This document shows positions 1-9,950 of a DNA stretch of 64,000 bases, one piece after another. Positions within the stretch are counted from its first letter, which is position 1. Each line of letters opens with the position of its first letter. The DNA is taken from the NCBI GenBank assembly GCA_963845535.1, contig CAWJSK010000022.1:1-64000 (forward strand), given 5' to 3'. This DNA comes from an uncultured Spirochaetota bacterium. GTDB lineage: Bacteria; Spirochaetota; Spirochaetia; SZUA-6; Fen-1364. Position numbers and translations under genes: made by a program. A model generated the notes under the pieces. It was not told where the DNA came from. It saw nothing but the letters and a program-made list of their open reading frames with translations, and made no database searches.

Positions 1-1679
1 ACTTTCTTTCTGGAAGTCATAGCGCCTTTCATGACAAGCTGACCGAAAAACAAATGCCAACCAACTCGCCTCCGAGTTGTCACTCTAATCGACCAACACA
101 CAGGGATAGTCCTTGAACGTCTGAACGCTTCTAGGAAAACCACTTTCATCGTTGTTGTGTGACATGAGTGACAGGGTATCCACTTGCAAAAGAGATAGAG
201 GGGTTGAGGAAAAGTATCCCGATACCTGCTCTATTCTTGAAGTAGAATCGATGAAACGGAATAACATCCTGACTTGACAGATAGAAACTGGCGTAGCTAT
301 TCAGGAATAGGGTATTATCAAGAATCTCACGCATGGTGATCCTGAAAGAAGCTCAACGCCCAACAACGGTTCTCCACAAAGCTGCATTCATCTGGCAAGT
401 AGCTCATCTTCTCCGGGTTCCGTATCACTCTAACCAGTACAAAGACGCTACCGTCCCCCTTACAGTCTTGGAAGACTTGATTGTGTTCTTGATCCCACGA
501 AGGATAAAGTTCTTTCCGAATACAAAGTCTGAAAAGACAAGGGCAAGGGAGTTCTTGAGGCGAAGCTGACGAGATCACAGGCTTCCCCTTCTACAAGACT
601 TCAAGCTTCACCTTCGAGAAGCTTTGCTGGAGACCCAACCAACATTGCGTACCCTCAATCCTCTTGCCTTCATGAAGGGATTCTCTGAGAAGGCTCGAAA
701 TATTATTGACCATTTTGAGTTTGAACAGCACATCGACAAGTTGGATAAGGCATACTTCTTCCTTGTCGTCGGGAAATTCGCAGAGATAGACCTTCACCCG
801 GAACGAGTTCCCAATATTCAAATGGGATACATCTTTGAAGAACTGATCCGTAAGTTCAACGAGCTATCTAAAATGAAGAAGAAGGAGACCACTTTACGCC
901 CCGAGAAATAAATTCTTATGGTGGACTTCCTTCTCACCCCGACAAAGACATTCTCACGAAGAAAGAATCGTGAAAACCATCTGTGACCCTGCCGCAGGAA
1001 CAGGCGGAATGCTTTCCATTACAGAAGAATATTTACGAGAGCTAAACCCTGACGCACAACTCAAGTGTTCGGACAAGACTACAACCCACAGTCGTATGCG
1101 ATCTGTGGCTCTGATCTTCTCATCAAGGGTCAAAACATAGAGCACATTTTATTTGGAGATCCTTCACCGCCGATGGCTTCAAAGGAATGGCTTTCGACTA
1201 CTTACTTGCCAACCCACCTTTTGGCGTCGAATGGAAGCCCGAAGAGAAGTTTATTCAAGACGAAGCTGAGCAGCAAGGTTACGGTGGCAGATTTGGAGCG
1301 GGGCTTCCCCGCATAAACGATGGTTCCTTCCTTTTCCTACAGAACATGATCTCCAAGATGAAGAAGCCAAAGGACGGAGGAACACGGCTTGCGATTGTGT
1401 TCAACGGCTCTCCCCTGTTTACTGGTGGGGCAGGATGAACCACCCTGAACTCGTGGACATAAGGTTAAGCAGTATCTTGAAGGGGTAAGGGAAGGTAATG
1501 GAAGTACACGAGGAAGAAGTACACTAAGGAGTTCAAGCTCGAAGCAGTACGAATGCTGGAGGCAGGAACCAAGACCGTACGGAGATTGAGCAGGACCTTG
1601 AGATCGGCGCTGGGCAGGTCTATCGCTGGAGGAAGCTGTTCGTTGAGGACGGGGGGCGTGCGTTCCCCGGAACGGCAAG
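1..1679. repeat. Inverted, error-rich copy of 1725-3418 (fold-back arm, probably artefact)
   Basis: Base 1 onward (actttctttctggaag...) is the reverse complement of 3418 downward. The match runs to ...aacggcaag (1679) vs cttgccgtt (1725). The copy has many indels that fragment hsdM. Confidence 0.92.
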
Positions 1680-1907
1680 ATTCTTGTTCTCCTTGCGAAG
1701 CTCGGCCAGCTCCGCGTCGCGAGGCTTGCCGTTGCCGGGGAACGCACGCCCCCCGTCCTCAACGAACAGCTTCCTCCAGCGATAGACCTGCCCAGCGCCG
1801 ATCTCAAGGTCCTGCTCAATCTCGCGTCCGGTCTTGGTTCCTGCCTCCAGCATTCGTACTGCTTCGAGCTTGAACTCCTTAGTGTACTTCTTCCTCGTGT
1901 CTGCCAT
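1680..1907 (-). CDS. IS3-family transposase OrfA (HTH), truncated at the fold
   Basis: RKKYTKEFKLEAVRM...QVYRWRK...AFPGNGK...ELAELRKEN. Confidence 0.88.
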
Positions 1908-1970
1908 TACCTTCCCTTACCCCTTCAAGATACTGCTTAACCTTATGTCCACGAGTTCGGGGTAGGTTCA
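1680..1970 (-). mobile_element. IS3-family insertion sequence, left end only
   Basis: Starts TGAACCTACCCCGAACTCGTGGACA (TG-initiated IS3-type end), followed by an RBS and orfA. The rest is lost at the fold-back. Confidence 0.85.
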
Positions 1971-3056
1971 TCCTGCCCCACCAGTAAACAGGGGAGAGCC
2001 GTTGAACACAATCGCAAGCCGTGTTCCTCCGTCCTTTGGCTTCTTCATCTTGGAGATCATGTTCTGTAGGAAAAGGAAGGAACCATCGTTTATGCGGGGA
2101 AGCCCCGCTCCAAATCTGCCACCGTAACCTTGCTGCTCAGCTTCGTCTTCAATGAACTTCTGTTCGGGCTTCCATTCGACGCCAAAAGGTGGGTTGGCAA
2201 GTAAGTAGTCGAAAGCCATTCCTTTGAAGCCATCGGCGGTGAAGGAGTCTCCAAATACAATGTGCTCTATGTTTTGACCCTTGATGAGAAGATCAGAGCC
2301 GCAGATCGCATACGACTGTGGGTTGTAGTCTTGTCCGAACACTTCAAGTTGTGCGTCAGGGTTTAGCTCTCGTAAATATTCTTCTGTAATGGAAAGCATT
2401 CCGCCTGTTCCTGCGGCAGGGTCACAGATGGTTTTCACGATTCCTTTCTTCGTGAGAATGTCTTTGTCGGGAGTGAGAAGGAGGTCCACCATGAGACGTA
2501 TTACTTCTCGGGGCGTAAAGTGGTCTCCTGCTTCTTCGTTAGATAGCTCGTTGAACTTACGGATCAGTTCTTCAAAGATGTATCCCATTTGAATATTGGG
2601 AACTCGGTCCGGGTGAAGGTCTATCTCTGCGAATTTCCCAACAACAAGGAAGAGACGGTCTGCCTTATCCAACTTGTCGATGTGCTGTTCAAACTCAAAA
2701 TGGTCAATAATGTTTCGAGCCTTCTCAGAGAATCCCTTCATGAAGTTCACGAGGTTGGACGCAATGTTGGTTGGGTCTCCACGAAGCTTCTCAAAGGTGA
2801 ACTTTGAAGTGTTGTAGAAGGGGAAGCCTGTGATCTTCGTCAGCTTCGCCTCAAGAACTCCCTTGCCCTTGTCCTTCCAGACTTTGTATTCGGAAAGAAC
2901 TTTATCCTTCGTGGGATCAAGAACACAATCAAGTCTTCGCAAGACTGTAAGAGGGAGCATCACGTCTTTGTATTGGTTCGGGTGATACGGACCCCGGAGA
3001 AGATCAGCTACTTGCCAGATGAATGCAGCTTTGTCGGAGAAGCCGTTGTTGGGCAT
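1968..3056 (-). pseudogene. hsdM: Type I restriction-modification methyltransferase, interrupted by the IS after codon 362
   Basis: FIWQVADLLRG N-terminus, GDHFTPREV, DPAAGTGGML, NPPF. Ends at PLFTGGAG, where the stop codon is the first TGA of the IS. Confidence 0.9.
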
Positions 3057-3148
3057 TCAGCTTCCTTTCAGGATCACCATGCGTGAGATTCTTGATAATA
3101 CCCTATTCCTGAATAGCTACGCCAGTTTCTATCTGTCAAGTCAGGATG

Positions 3149-3424
3149 TCATTCCGTTTGCATGGATTCTTCTTCAAGAATAAAGCGGGTATCGGGATAC
3201 TTTTTCCTCAACCCCTCTATCTCTTTTGCAAGTGAATACCCCTCGTCGCTCATGTCCACACAACAACGATGAAAGTGGGTTTCCCTAGAAGCGTTCAGAG
3301 GTTCAAGGACTATCCCTGTGTGTTCGTCGGCTAGAGTGACAAGCTCGGAGGCGAGTTGGTTTGCATTGTTTTTCGGTGAGCTTGTCATGAAAGGCGCTAT
3401 GACTTCCAGAAAGAAAGTGTTCAT
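3149..3424 (-). CDS. Small hypothetical protein, island paralogue 1
   Basis: MNTFFLEVIAPF...LRKKYPDTRFILE with a G-rich RBS. Similar to the ORFs at 4415, 4722 and 6521. Confidence 0.75.
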   Translation of the reverse strand: MNTFFLEVIAPFMTSSPKNNANQLASELVTLADEHTGIVLEPLNASRETHFHRCCVDMSDEGYSLAKEIEGLRKKYPDTRFILEEESMQTE

Positions 3425-3723
3425 ACAGTCCCCCCAAAAGAGCAGAGTATACCTAGCCAACGAAGCAAGCAAGAAGCGCTACCCGAGGAGCCGACATTCG
3501 GCTCTCCACAGAGTTTGGCGAAAGGATCAATCTTGGCTGTCCCACCTCTGGAATTAGGCATCTGCGGCACTGTGAAAGTGGGAAGGAAAACTTTCAATCT
3601 TGGGGGCGGCGATTTGTGGAAGGTGAATCTTCTTTTGTTTCCATATGGGGGGTATGCATACTACTACTTCTGCTCGACCCTTATGCCCAAAAAAGACAAC
3701 TGCAACGCTGTCGACAAAGATAT

Positions 3724-3746
3724 GCCGTCGGACGTTTGCCGACGGC
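3724..3746. terminator. Hairpin, likely intrinsic terminator
   Basis: gccgtcgg-acgtttg-ccgacggc just past the stop of 3764-4072. Confidence 0.55.
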
Positions 3747-3763
3747 TTTATATCAGTTTTCCA

Positions 3764-4072
3764 CTAAAAGTTGAGATCAAGCTGGATGCTCAAACCGCTT
3801 TTTCCACCATCATCTCTCTCATCGTTATGCCACTGATACCAATCGTGCCACAGTTGGGCATGGTCTTTACGCCACTTAATGTCCTCCCTTGTAGCCCCAC
3901 GATGTGCCCGCCATTCACGGTCATATTCTGACCATTGCTTGGAATGAGACTTCCATACCTGAGCGTGTTGTTGCCTCCACTGTTGATCATGCTTTGCATG
4001 AGTATCAGCATAGGCCAAAGAGGAGAGGCCAACTGCCAGAATGACAGCTACAATGACTAAAAGCCGCTTCAT
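3764..4072 (-). CDS. Secreted Trp/His-rich small protein
   Basis: GGAGG RBS, signal peptide MKRLLVIVAVILAVGLSSLAYA, periodic W and H residues. Confidence 0.75.
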   Translation of the reverse strand: MKRLLVIVAVILAVGLSSLAYADTHAKHDQQWRQQHAQVWKSHSKQWSEYDREWRAHRGATREDIKWRKDHAQLWHDWYQWHNDERDDGGKSGLSIQLDLNF

Positions 4073-4414
4073 TTGATACCTCCGGTGATTTTTAATGGTA
4101 CCCCACCTCATACTTTTTTTCTACGCCACGAGAGGAAGCGTTTCACACTTTGAGAATTCCCGGAACCTCCAATATCTGTCCGGTAATCCTGCCAGGAGAG
4201 CTGAATAGTCACGGTGAATCGATGGATGAATCGCCATGGCAGAAATTATCGAGAAGATCACAAAAGAGATTGAGTCTGATCCCACGATCAATGCGAATGA
4301 ACTGCGGCGTCATCGGCTAAGAAAGATAGGGTAATGAAGATTGTCCAAAGAGAGGCTGGCGACAACAATTCGCTTTCCTTGCGCTCGGAGCAAACATCTC
4401 ACTGACCGTGAGAA

Positions 4415-4684
4415 TCACGCTGTTGCCTTGGACTTTTCCAAGACAAACGAAACGCCGGGATACTTCCCCGCAAACTTGCCGATTTCTCTTTCAAGGGATT
4501 GTTCGTTATCAACCAAGTTTACATACCAACGCACATAAGACATAATAGCAAAGGGATCAGGTTCAACTACTTTTCCACCGTGCTTTTCGGCAAGAACGGA
4601 AAGTTGTCTGGAAAGTCGTTCAATGATCTCGTTCGATGAGCCTACGACAAACAACGCTTTGACCTTGAGGGTGTATGCATTCAT
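4415..4684 (-). CDS. Small hypothetical protein, island paralogue 2
   Basis: YTLKV...LAEKHGGKVVE...SLEREI...KYPGVSFVL. Confidence 0.75.
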   Translation of the reverse strand: MNAYTLKVKALFVVGSSNEIIERLSRQLSVLAEKHGGKVVEPDPFAIMSYVRWYVNLVDNEQSLEREIGKFAGKYPGVSFVLEKSKATA

Positions 4685-4721
4685 GAGATGCCGGACTTTT
4701 CAAGTGTGCGTCTTGGCGGAA

Positions 4722-4988
4722 TCAAGATGTCGTAAACTGTTTGAGGGTAAACCTCGCCTCAGGAAACTTCTCTCGCAACCATTTCACTTCTTCTTCGAGC
4801 GAGTTCTCGCAATCAAAGATGTTTACATACTGACGCTGAAACTTCTTCATAGATATCTGCGAAGATTCGACCACCATCCCGCCGTGAACGGTGGCGATTG
4901 CATCAAGGGCAGACTCAAGCTGCTCTTCGTCGGCTAACCGAAGTTCCTGAACGAACGGTGTCACGACTTCAAGAGTGTATCTACCCAC
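4722..4988 (-). CDS. Small hypothetical protein, island paralogue 3
   Basis: Probable GTG start. YTLEVVTPF...HGGMVVE...SLEEEVKWLREKFPEARFTL. Confidence 0.72.
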   Translation of the reverse strand: MGRYTLEVVTPFVQELRLADEEQLESALDAIATVHGGMVVESSQISMKKFQRQYVNIFDCENSLEEEVKWLREKFPEARFTLKQFTTS

Positions 4989-5200
4989 TCCAATCGCTCC
5001 GATTAGAAGATAGGTATGTGCCTGTCGGGAATCAAGGCAATGCTTCTTTTTCAACCATTCCACTGTCTTTGCCAGGGCAAAAGAGGTCAGACTGGGGCGG
5101 TCTCACGAATGGGAAAATGACCCCTTGCCAGGAAGGCATTGGACAAAAAAAAAACAAAAAAACTTTACCCTGCTGTTGAAAGCATTACGTGTTGTTCTTG

Positions 5201-5707
5201 TCAATGCGAGGAGAAAGACCGCTGAGAGTTCTTTGATGGGGCCTTCTCTACGAGTTCGGTCAAGAACTTTTCGTATTGTGAGAACTCTTTGGGCTGATTC
5301 TCCAAGAGCCATTCTGCATCTGCGCCGTTTCGCAGCATTGCTCGAAATCGGATAAGCTTCTGTCGCTTTTCAAGTGGTACGTTCCTTTGGATAAGCTTAA
5401 TGGCAACATCGTCTATACATTTCAAGAATGTCGCTCGAATGATCCTTGCTTGACTGACAACATTCTTCGCGCCACGAAGTCCAGGCAAGTTCTTGTTGCG
5501 AGCCTCGACCTGGCTCTCTGTGCACGGTAACGTGCTTTCCTTTCCTGTCGTGATCCATTCCAAGTAGTCGGAGTCTTTCAACTCAATAAAGAAGGATGCT
5601 CTTTTTTCGGCTACCAATGCCTTCCACAGTTCTCTTGCTCGCTGCCATCGGCTCGTAGCGGATGCATCCCGAGTGGAATCGTCGGGTCTGATAAACTTAT
5701 CGAACAT
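5201..5707 (-). CDS. Hypothetical protein
   Basis: 168-aa ORF with ATG start and a plausible helical composition. No family recognised. Confidence 0.55.
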   Translation of the reverse strand: MFDKFIRPDDSTRDASATSRWQRARELWKALVAEKRASFFIELKDSDYLEWITTGKESTLPCTESQVEARNKNLPGLRGAKNVVSQARIIRATFLKCIDDVAIKLIQRNVPLEKRQKLIRFRAMLRNGADAEWLLENQPKEFSQYEKFLTELVEKAPSKNSQRSFSSH

Positions 5708-6180
5708 AAGTTCGAGGATTTCATCTCTGTATTTCGTTGCGAGTGCACCCTCGTCTTTTGAGCCGCTTTACAGAAAGGGAAGCTTGGAAGTATCCCTTGC
5801 GAAATGTCTCCTTTTGTCATTGGACATCCACATAGCTATTTTCGCTCTCCCGCAAACATTTCCAAGAGAACCCTGTGGCGCTATAGAGGTGGGGGTTGCC
5901 ACAGGGTCCGGTGTCCTCACTTGGACGCCGAAAGAAAGATAACAAATCTGTTCAACACCTGGCAAGGTGACTTGGCTAGGGATTTCTCAAGGAAAAATCA
6001 TTCCAGCCCCGGAAGAGCCAGCCCAGCTTTGCGCCCGACTGCGGGAAGGCGAAGAAAGCGACTATCAGGATTAGCACCGGAACAACAAGCCTCTTCATGA
6101 CCGCCTCGAAATGCAAGATACTGGCGCTCGAAAGGCCGTAATCGTTGAAGAGAGCCTTTGAAGCGAGCCTCTTCGGGAGG

Positions 6181-6495
6181 TCAAGGAGTTTCGGGTTTTC
6201 TATATTCTTGAGCAATAGCCGCCCGAACTGCCGCTTCGGGTGAGTCAACGGGCGGTTGATGCAAAAAAACCACACTTCTACTTCTCATCGAACCTTCGAT
6301 TTCGTAGGACCACGCATAGCAGAGCCGGGCAGTCGGATGGTCATGAAGCCAGAATACTTCAACAGTTCCTTCCCAAGCTATATTCCCTTCCTGACTCTCA
6401 ACTACAGGAACAGATCGAAGCCATAAGGACTCGCAACCATGCAAGTCTTTTATTGCTTTTGAAAGTTTCTCTGCTCCGTCAGGTCTTTTTTTCAT
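6181..6495 (-). CDS. Hypothetical protein, probably conserved
   Basis: AIKDLHGCES...WEGTVEVF...HPTARLCYAWS...PPVDSPEAAVRAAI reads as a globular protein. Confidence 0.7.
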   Translation of the reverse strand: MKKRPDGAEKLSKAIKDLHGCESLWLRSVPVVESQEGNIAWEGTVEVFWLHDHPTARLCYAWSYEIEGSMRSRSVVFLHQPPVDSPEAAVRAAIAQEYRKPETP

Positions 6496-6520
6496 TTGCG
6501 CGGTCTATCTTGTGGTTGGT

Positions 6521-6817
6521 TCAGTGAAAAGTTTCCAACCATGTCTCTGCGCCGTGCGACATAGGTTCTGTGAATAAGTCAAAGACCGTATCGTGATATT
6601 TCTTCCTCAACTCTTCAACCTTGCCTTCGAGAAAGTCGAATCTATCGACTAGATCACTGATTCGCCACGTAAAGGAGGTTGTCGTAGAGTGATAGGAAAG
6701 ATCGAGATGCCCTCCAAACTCAGTGGTAAGCTTCGTCAGGTCGCCGACAAGTGCCGCGTTGTGCTTGGGAGAGCCTATGAGAGCCGGTTCTATGACTTGA
6801 AGACTTTGTATACTCAT
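6521..6817 (-). CDS. Small hypothetical protein, island paralogue 4
   Basis: SLQVIEP...EFGGHL...LEGKVEELRKKYHDTVFDL. Upstream region resembles that of paralogue 1. Confidence 0.72.
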   Translation of the reverse strand: MSIQSLQVIEPALIGSPKHNAALVGDLTKLTTEFGGHLDLSYHSTTTSFTWRISDLVDRFDFLEGKVEELRKKYHDTVFDLFTEPMSHGAETWLETFH

Positions 6818-7214
6818 ACGTTCCCCCTATATCAGGAAAGAGTATGCCCTCGTCGAAGAGCAAGCAATAGCTGATTGGGGGGAGGTAATCTGCGTTGGAG
6901 ATTCCAAAGGTTGTAGGAAGCTCACCAGACTGAGCACGAGATTCAGTCTCATCTGAACAAAGACTGATCCAGTGCCCTTTCTACGGAAGACGCATTCGGC
7001 CCCTGGTGGCACCCCTACTACAAATAGGGTGCCACACGAGAAGACACCCTTTTACTTCCGGCTCCCTGGGACGTGGCCAGGGACTCAATCTTGTCGTCTC
7101 CGGCATTGTCCTGACCCGCCAGCAGCCAACCAATGGCATTCTGATAGAGGGAGCTGCTCCCGCTCCCGAGACGGTCTACAAAAGATGGTTGAGTGAGATG
7201 TTTCCAGAAGATCG

Positions 7215-7240
7215 AACTTCGTATCAAATGATACGAGGTT
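7215..7240. other. Palindromic candidate recombinase core site
   Basis: AACTTCGTAT-caaatg-ATACGAGGTT, about 95 bp upstream of the recombinase gene. Confidence 0.55.
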
Positions 7241-7336
7241 AAGGAGTAGCTCCGGCACGAGGATCGTGGTCGTTACTGCTCCTAAAAGTCTTGATTTTTG
7301 ACCCAAAATAGGTTATGTTAATGCCAGTTACCGGGG

Positions 7337-8299
7337 TTGAAAGGAAAACCCTTGCCGAATCTGCCAGTCATAGCCAAAAACAAGAGAGTCCCCAATCCCG
7401 CCAAGGTCTACCTTTCAGCCCTGGCAAAGTCCGGACGCAGGGCTGTGGATGCACAGTTGCGCGGGGTCGCCAAAGCGCTCGGCGCTACTTCAATAGACTC
7501 CGTTCCCTGGCACCAACTCAAACACGAATATGTAGTTGCCCTCAAGACGAGGGCGCTTGAAATGGGCAAGAGTCCCGCGACTGTGAACTTGATGTTGTCG
7601 GGCATTCGGGGAGTGATGCGCTCTGCGTGGAACATGGGGATGATCTCAGCCGAGGACTTGGCTCGGATAGAAGCGGTCAAAAGCGTGAAGTCGCTTACGG
7701 AACCAAAGGGCAGAAGGATCACAAGCGGCGAACTTGGGGCGATCATGTCTGCCATCAACACGGAGACTCCATCGGGAAAGAGAGACGCAGGGATCATCGC
7801 ACTTGCCTACTGCGGTGGACTTCGGAGACAGGAGCTTGCTAACCTTCGGGTGGATGATGTGAACGACAAGGACGATGAGTTTGAAATAACGATCAAACGG
7901 GGGAAGGGAAGGAAGGACAGAGTTCTATTTCTGAACAACGGAGGGGCTGATGCTCTGCGGGACTATGTATCTGTCAGGGGAAGCTCACCAGGGCATTTGT
8001 TCTGGTCGTCTCGCAAGGGAGGCAACCTGATCCCGGATTCCAAGATGACAGATCAGTCAGTTTACGGACGGATCAAATGGTGTGCGAAGAAAGCAGGAGT
8101 AAAGGCACTCACGCCCCACGACATGCGGCGATCTTTCGTGAGCGACATGCTTGATGCGGGAGTGGACATAAGCACCGTGGCGGCGATGGCAGGGCATTCA
8201 TCAGTGGCAACGACTCAGAGGTATGATCGGCGTGGCGATGAGGCGAAGAAACGAGCGGCGAAGGCGCTGCATTTGCCTTATGCAAGGAAGAATGAGTAG
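7337..8299 (+). CDS. Tyrosine recombinase (phage integrase family)
   Basis: Catalytic motifs GLRRQE, GKGRKDR, PHDMRR, AGH and QRYD are all present. TTGATT-17-TATGTT promoter-like sequence upstream. Confidence 0.93.
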   Translation: MKGKPLPNLPVIAKNKRVPNPAKVYLSALAKSGRRAVDAQLRGVAKALGATSIDSVPWHQLKHEYVVALKTRALEMGKSPATVNLMLSGIRGVMRSAWNMGMISAEDLARIEAVKSVKSLTEPKGRRITSGELGAIMSAINTETPSGKRDAGIIALAYCGGLRRQELANLRVDDVNDKDDEFEITIKRGKGRKDRVLFLNNGGADALRDYVSVRGSSPGHLFWSSRKGGNLIPDSKMTDQSVYGRIKWCAKKAGVKALTPHDMRRSFVSDMLDAGVDISTVAAMAGHSSVATTQRYDRRGDEAKKRAAKALHLPYARKNE

Positions 8300-8402
8300 G
8301 ACTCCGGCGATTCCAAAGGGTCCGAATCCTTTGCATTTTAGCCAAGTTTGTAGTAGGCATTGGCATTGGAGGGAGCAGAAACAAACGTTGGGAGGTTAGA
8401 CT

Positions 8403-8708
8403 ATGGGTTTCTTTACAGGTATCTTTAGCGATCCGTTAGGGTGGCTTTCTGGGGATTACAACGATCCTGCCCCAGTAGACCCAACACCGGAAAAGACCTC
8501 GATTCCGTTTGACGGAGGAGGCGATACTCACATTCATTCAAATAGGGATGAAAGTTTTACTGTCACGGAAAGGCTTCCAGGAGGATGGGACGACCATTAC
8601 ACTTACAGCGATAGACAGATGAGCATCGACGAAGCTAACAGCAAATCCGAGTATGATCGTTTTGAAGGATTCCGGGCACTTTTCGGTGACGATAATAAAA
8701 AGGACTGA
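8403..8708 (+). CDS. Acidic hypothetical protein
   Basis: GGAGG RBS and a 101-aa Asp-rich ORF. Confidence 0.65.
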   Translation: MGFFTGIFSDPLGWLSGDYNDPAPVDPTPEKTSIPFDGGGDTHIHSNRDESFTVTERLPGGWDDHYTYSDRQMSIDEANSKSEYDRFEGFRALFGDDNKKD

Positions 8709-9081
8709 AACGAGCGCTGCTCCCTCTTCTAAAAAATATCGATGGACAAGTAGAAAGATTCCTAGACAAACGTAGAAACTCATCCGTGAACAACCACGAA
8801 ATGACATGAGATTGGCAACCCCTCCGTCCGTTGACAAAAGGGCCGATCAGCGCCGGAACTTAAACGTTCCAAAAATCTGCGACAACGTAGTCATAGGTTA
8901 CCAGATAGCTACAAAGAAAAAGAGAAGATCGAGATCGGAAGACGGATGGCACAAAACCACGACTTGAAGGAATACTCTTTGCATGAGCTAATGAAAGACC
9001 GCCTTTGGAGTTTGACTTGAAGAAGTTGTTTGTCGTATCGTTGAAGTAGGAACTTATTCTATTCCAGGGAGGATTTCTCCA

Positions 9082-9288
9082 ATGCCCAAGAAGATCGGTG
9101 GTTCGGTTCTTTGGATCGAAAAAGGAAAACAAACAGAGAAGGTCGTTGAGGCTGAACGAGCTTTCTCGGACGAGGATCAGGCGAAGGCTCAAGTGCTCTT
9201 CTTCGAGACGAAAGGGAGTACAGCGGAGAAGAGACTCGCTCGGCTTGTGTATCGACAGTGGCAAGGAAAACGATTCAGGCAGAACTGA
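9082..9288 (+). CDS. Small hypothetical protein
   Basis: GGAGGA RBS, followed by a hairpin plus T-run at ~9308-9338. Confidence 0.55.
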   Translation: MPKKIGGSVLWIEKGKQTEKVVEAERAFSDEDQAKAQVLFFETKGSTAEKRLARLVYRQWQGKRFRQN

Positions 9289-9345
9289 AAAGAGTTTCGA
9301 CAGAATGAAGGGGAGGTATCTTGCCTCTCCTTTTTTCTGCATTTG

Positions 9346-9798
9346 TCAAAGGCGCAGCCCTAAATGGCGGCTTTCCATAGGCGTTGGAAGCCTATTCTCG
9401 TGATTGAGAGAATGCTTTGCGACAACCTTTATTTCATGGAGAGCGGAATCCCCAAAATCGAAAAGGTATTCAAACGTTTGCCCAATCAACAGGTGAAGGG
9501 AATCGAGTGTCGTTTTGGCGGCGTTAGAAGGCTTGTCATTTGAGAACGTGTCACGCTCCAACATTACTTCTGGCGCATACTCCTTCGGGTAAAGGCCGGG
9601 CATGAATCCTCCCATTTCTGCTTTTGGGAAATAGAAGGAATAGATCAAATCATCATGTCGGCCATAAGCTTGGAAGATTGCTTCGTGCAAGTCGCAAAGT
9701 GTTCGATCTCCCCTGAGAGAGATGGTTTTTGAAACACGCACAGGCCCGATCATGCTCACCTTGAAGATGTAATGGACACTCGGATGTTCTTTTGTCAC
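9346..9798 (-). CDS. Plasmid pRiA4b ORF-3-like protein
   Basis: TLCDLHEAIFQAY...FEYLFDFGD...HEIKV signature. Confidence 0.8.
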   Translation of the reverse strand: MTKEHPSVHYIFKVSMIGPVRVSKTISLRGDRTLCDLHEAIFQAYGRHDDLIYSFYFPKAEMGGFMPGLYPKEYAPEVMLERDTFSNDKPSNAAKTTLDSLHLLIGQTFEYLFDFGDSALHEIKVVAKHSLNHENRLPTPMESRHLGLRL

Positions 9799-9950
9799 GA
9801 TTCAAATGTAATTTGGGGACTGCCTTGGGTCCACAACGACTATGTACTGAAATATCAAGTTTTGAAATCAGAAAACCCCTTGGTCGTTGGCTGCCAAGGG
9901 GTCACGAAATGAAGTTGGAAACTATTGCGCGGGGGGGGCTCTTTGAGTCG

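Noticed and set aside
333..1438. Second, degraded hsdM on the + strand
   Set aside because: It is the mirrored arm of the fold-back, not an independent gene.
1680..1724. Hairpin telomere of a linear replicon
   Set aside because: The apex is asymmetric, falls inside a transposase ORF, and no protelomerase is visible. An artefact is more likely, but raw reads would be needed to exclude it.
7295..7323. dif/Xer site (TTATGTTAA)
   Set aside because: The XerD-like half has no convincing XerC arm and coincides with the predicted -10 element.
6897..8320. GATTCCAAAGG direct repeat on both sides of the recombinase
   Set aside because: Only 11 bp with no supporting structure, so it may be chance.
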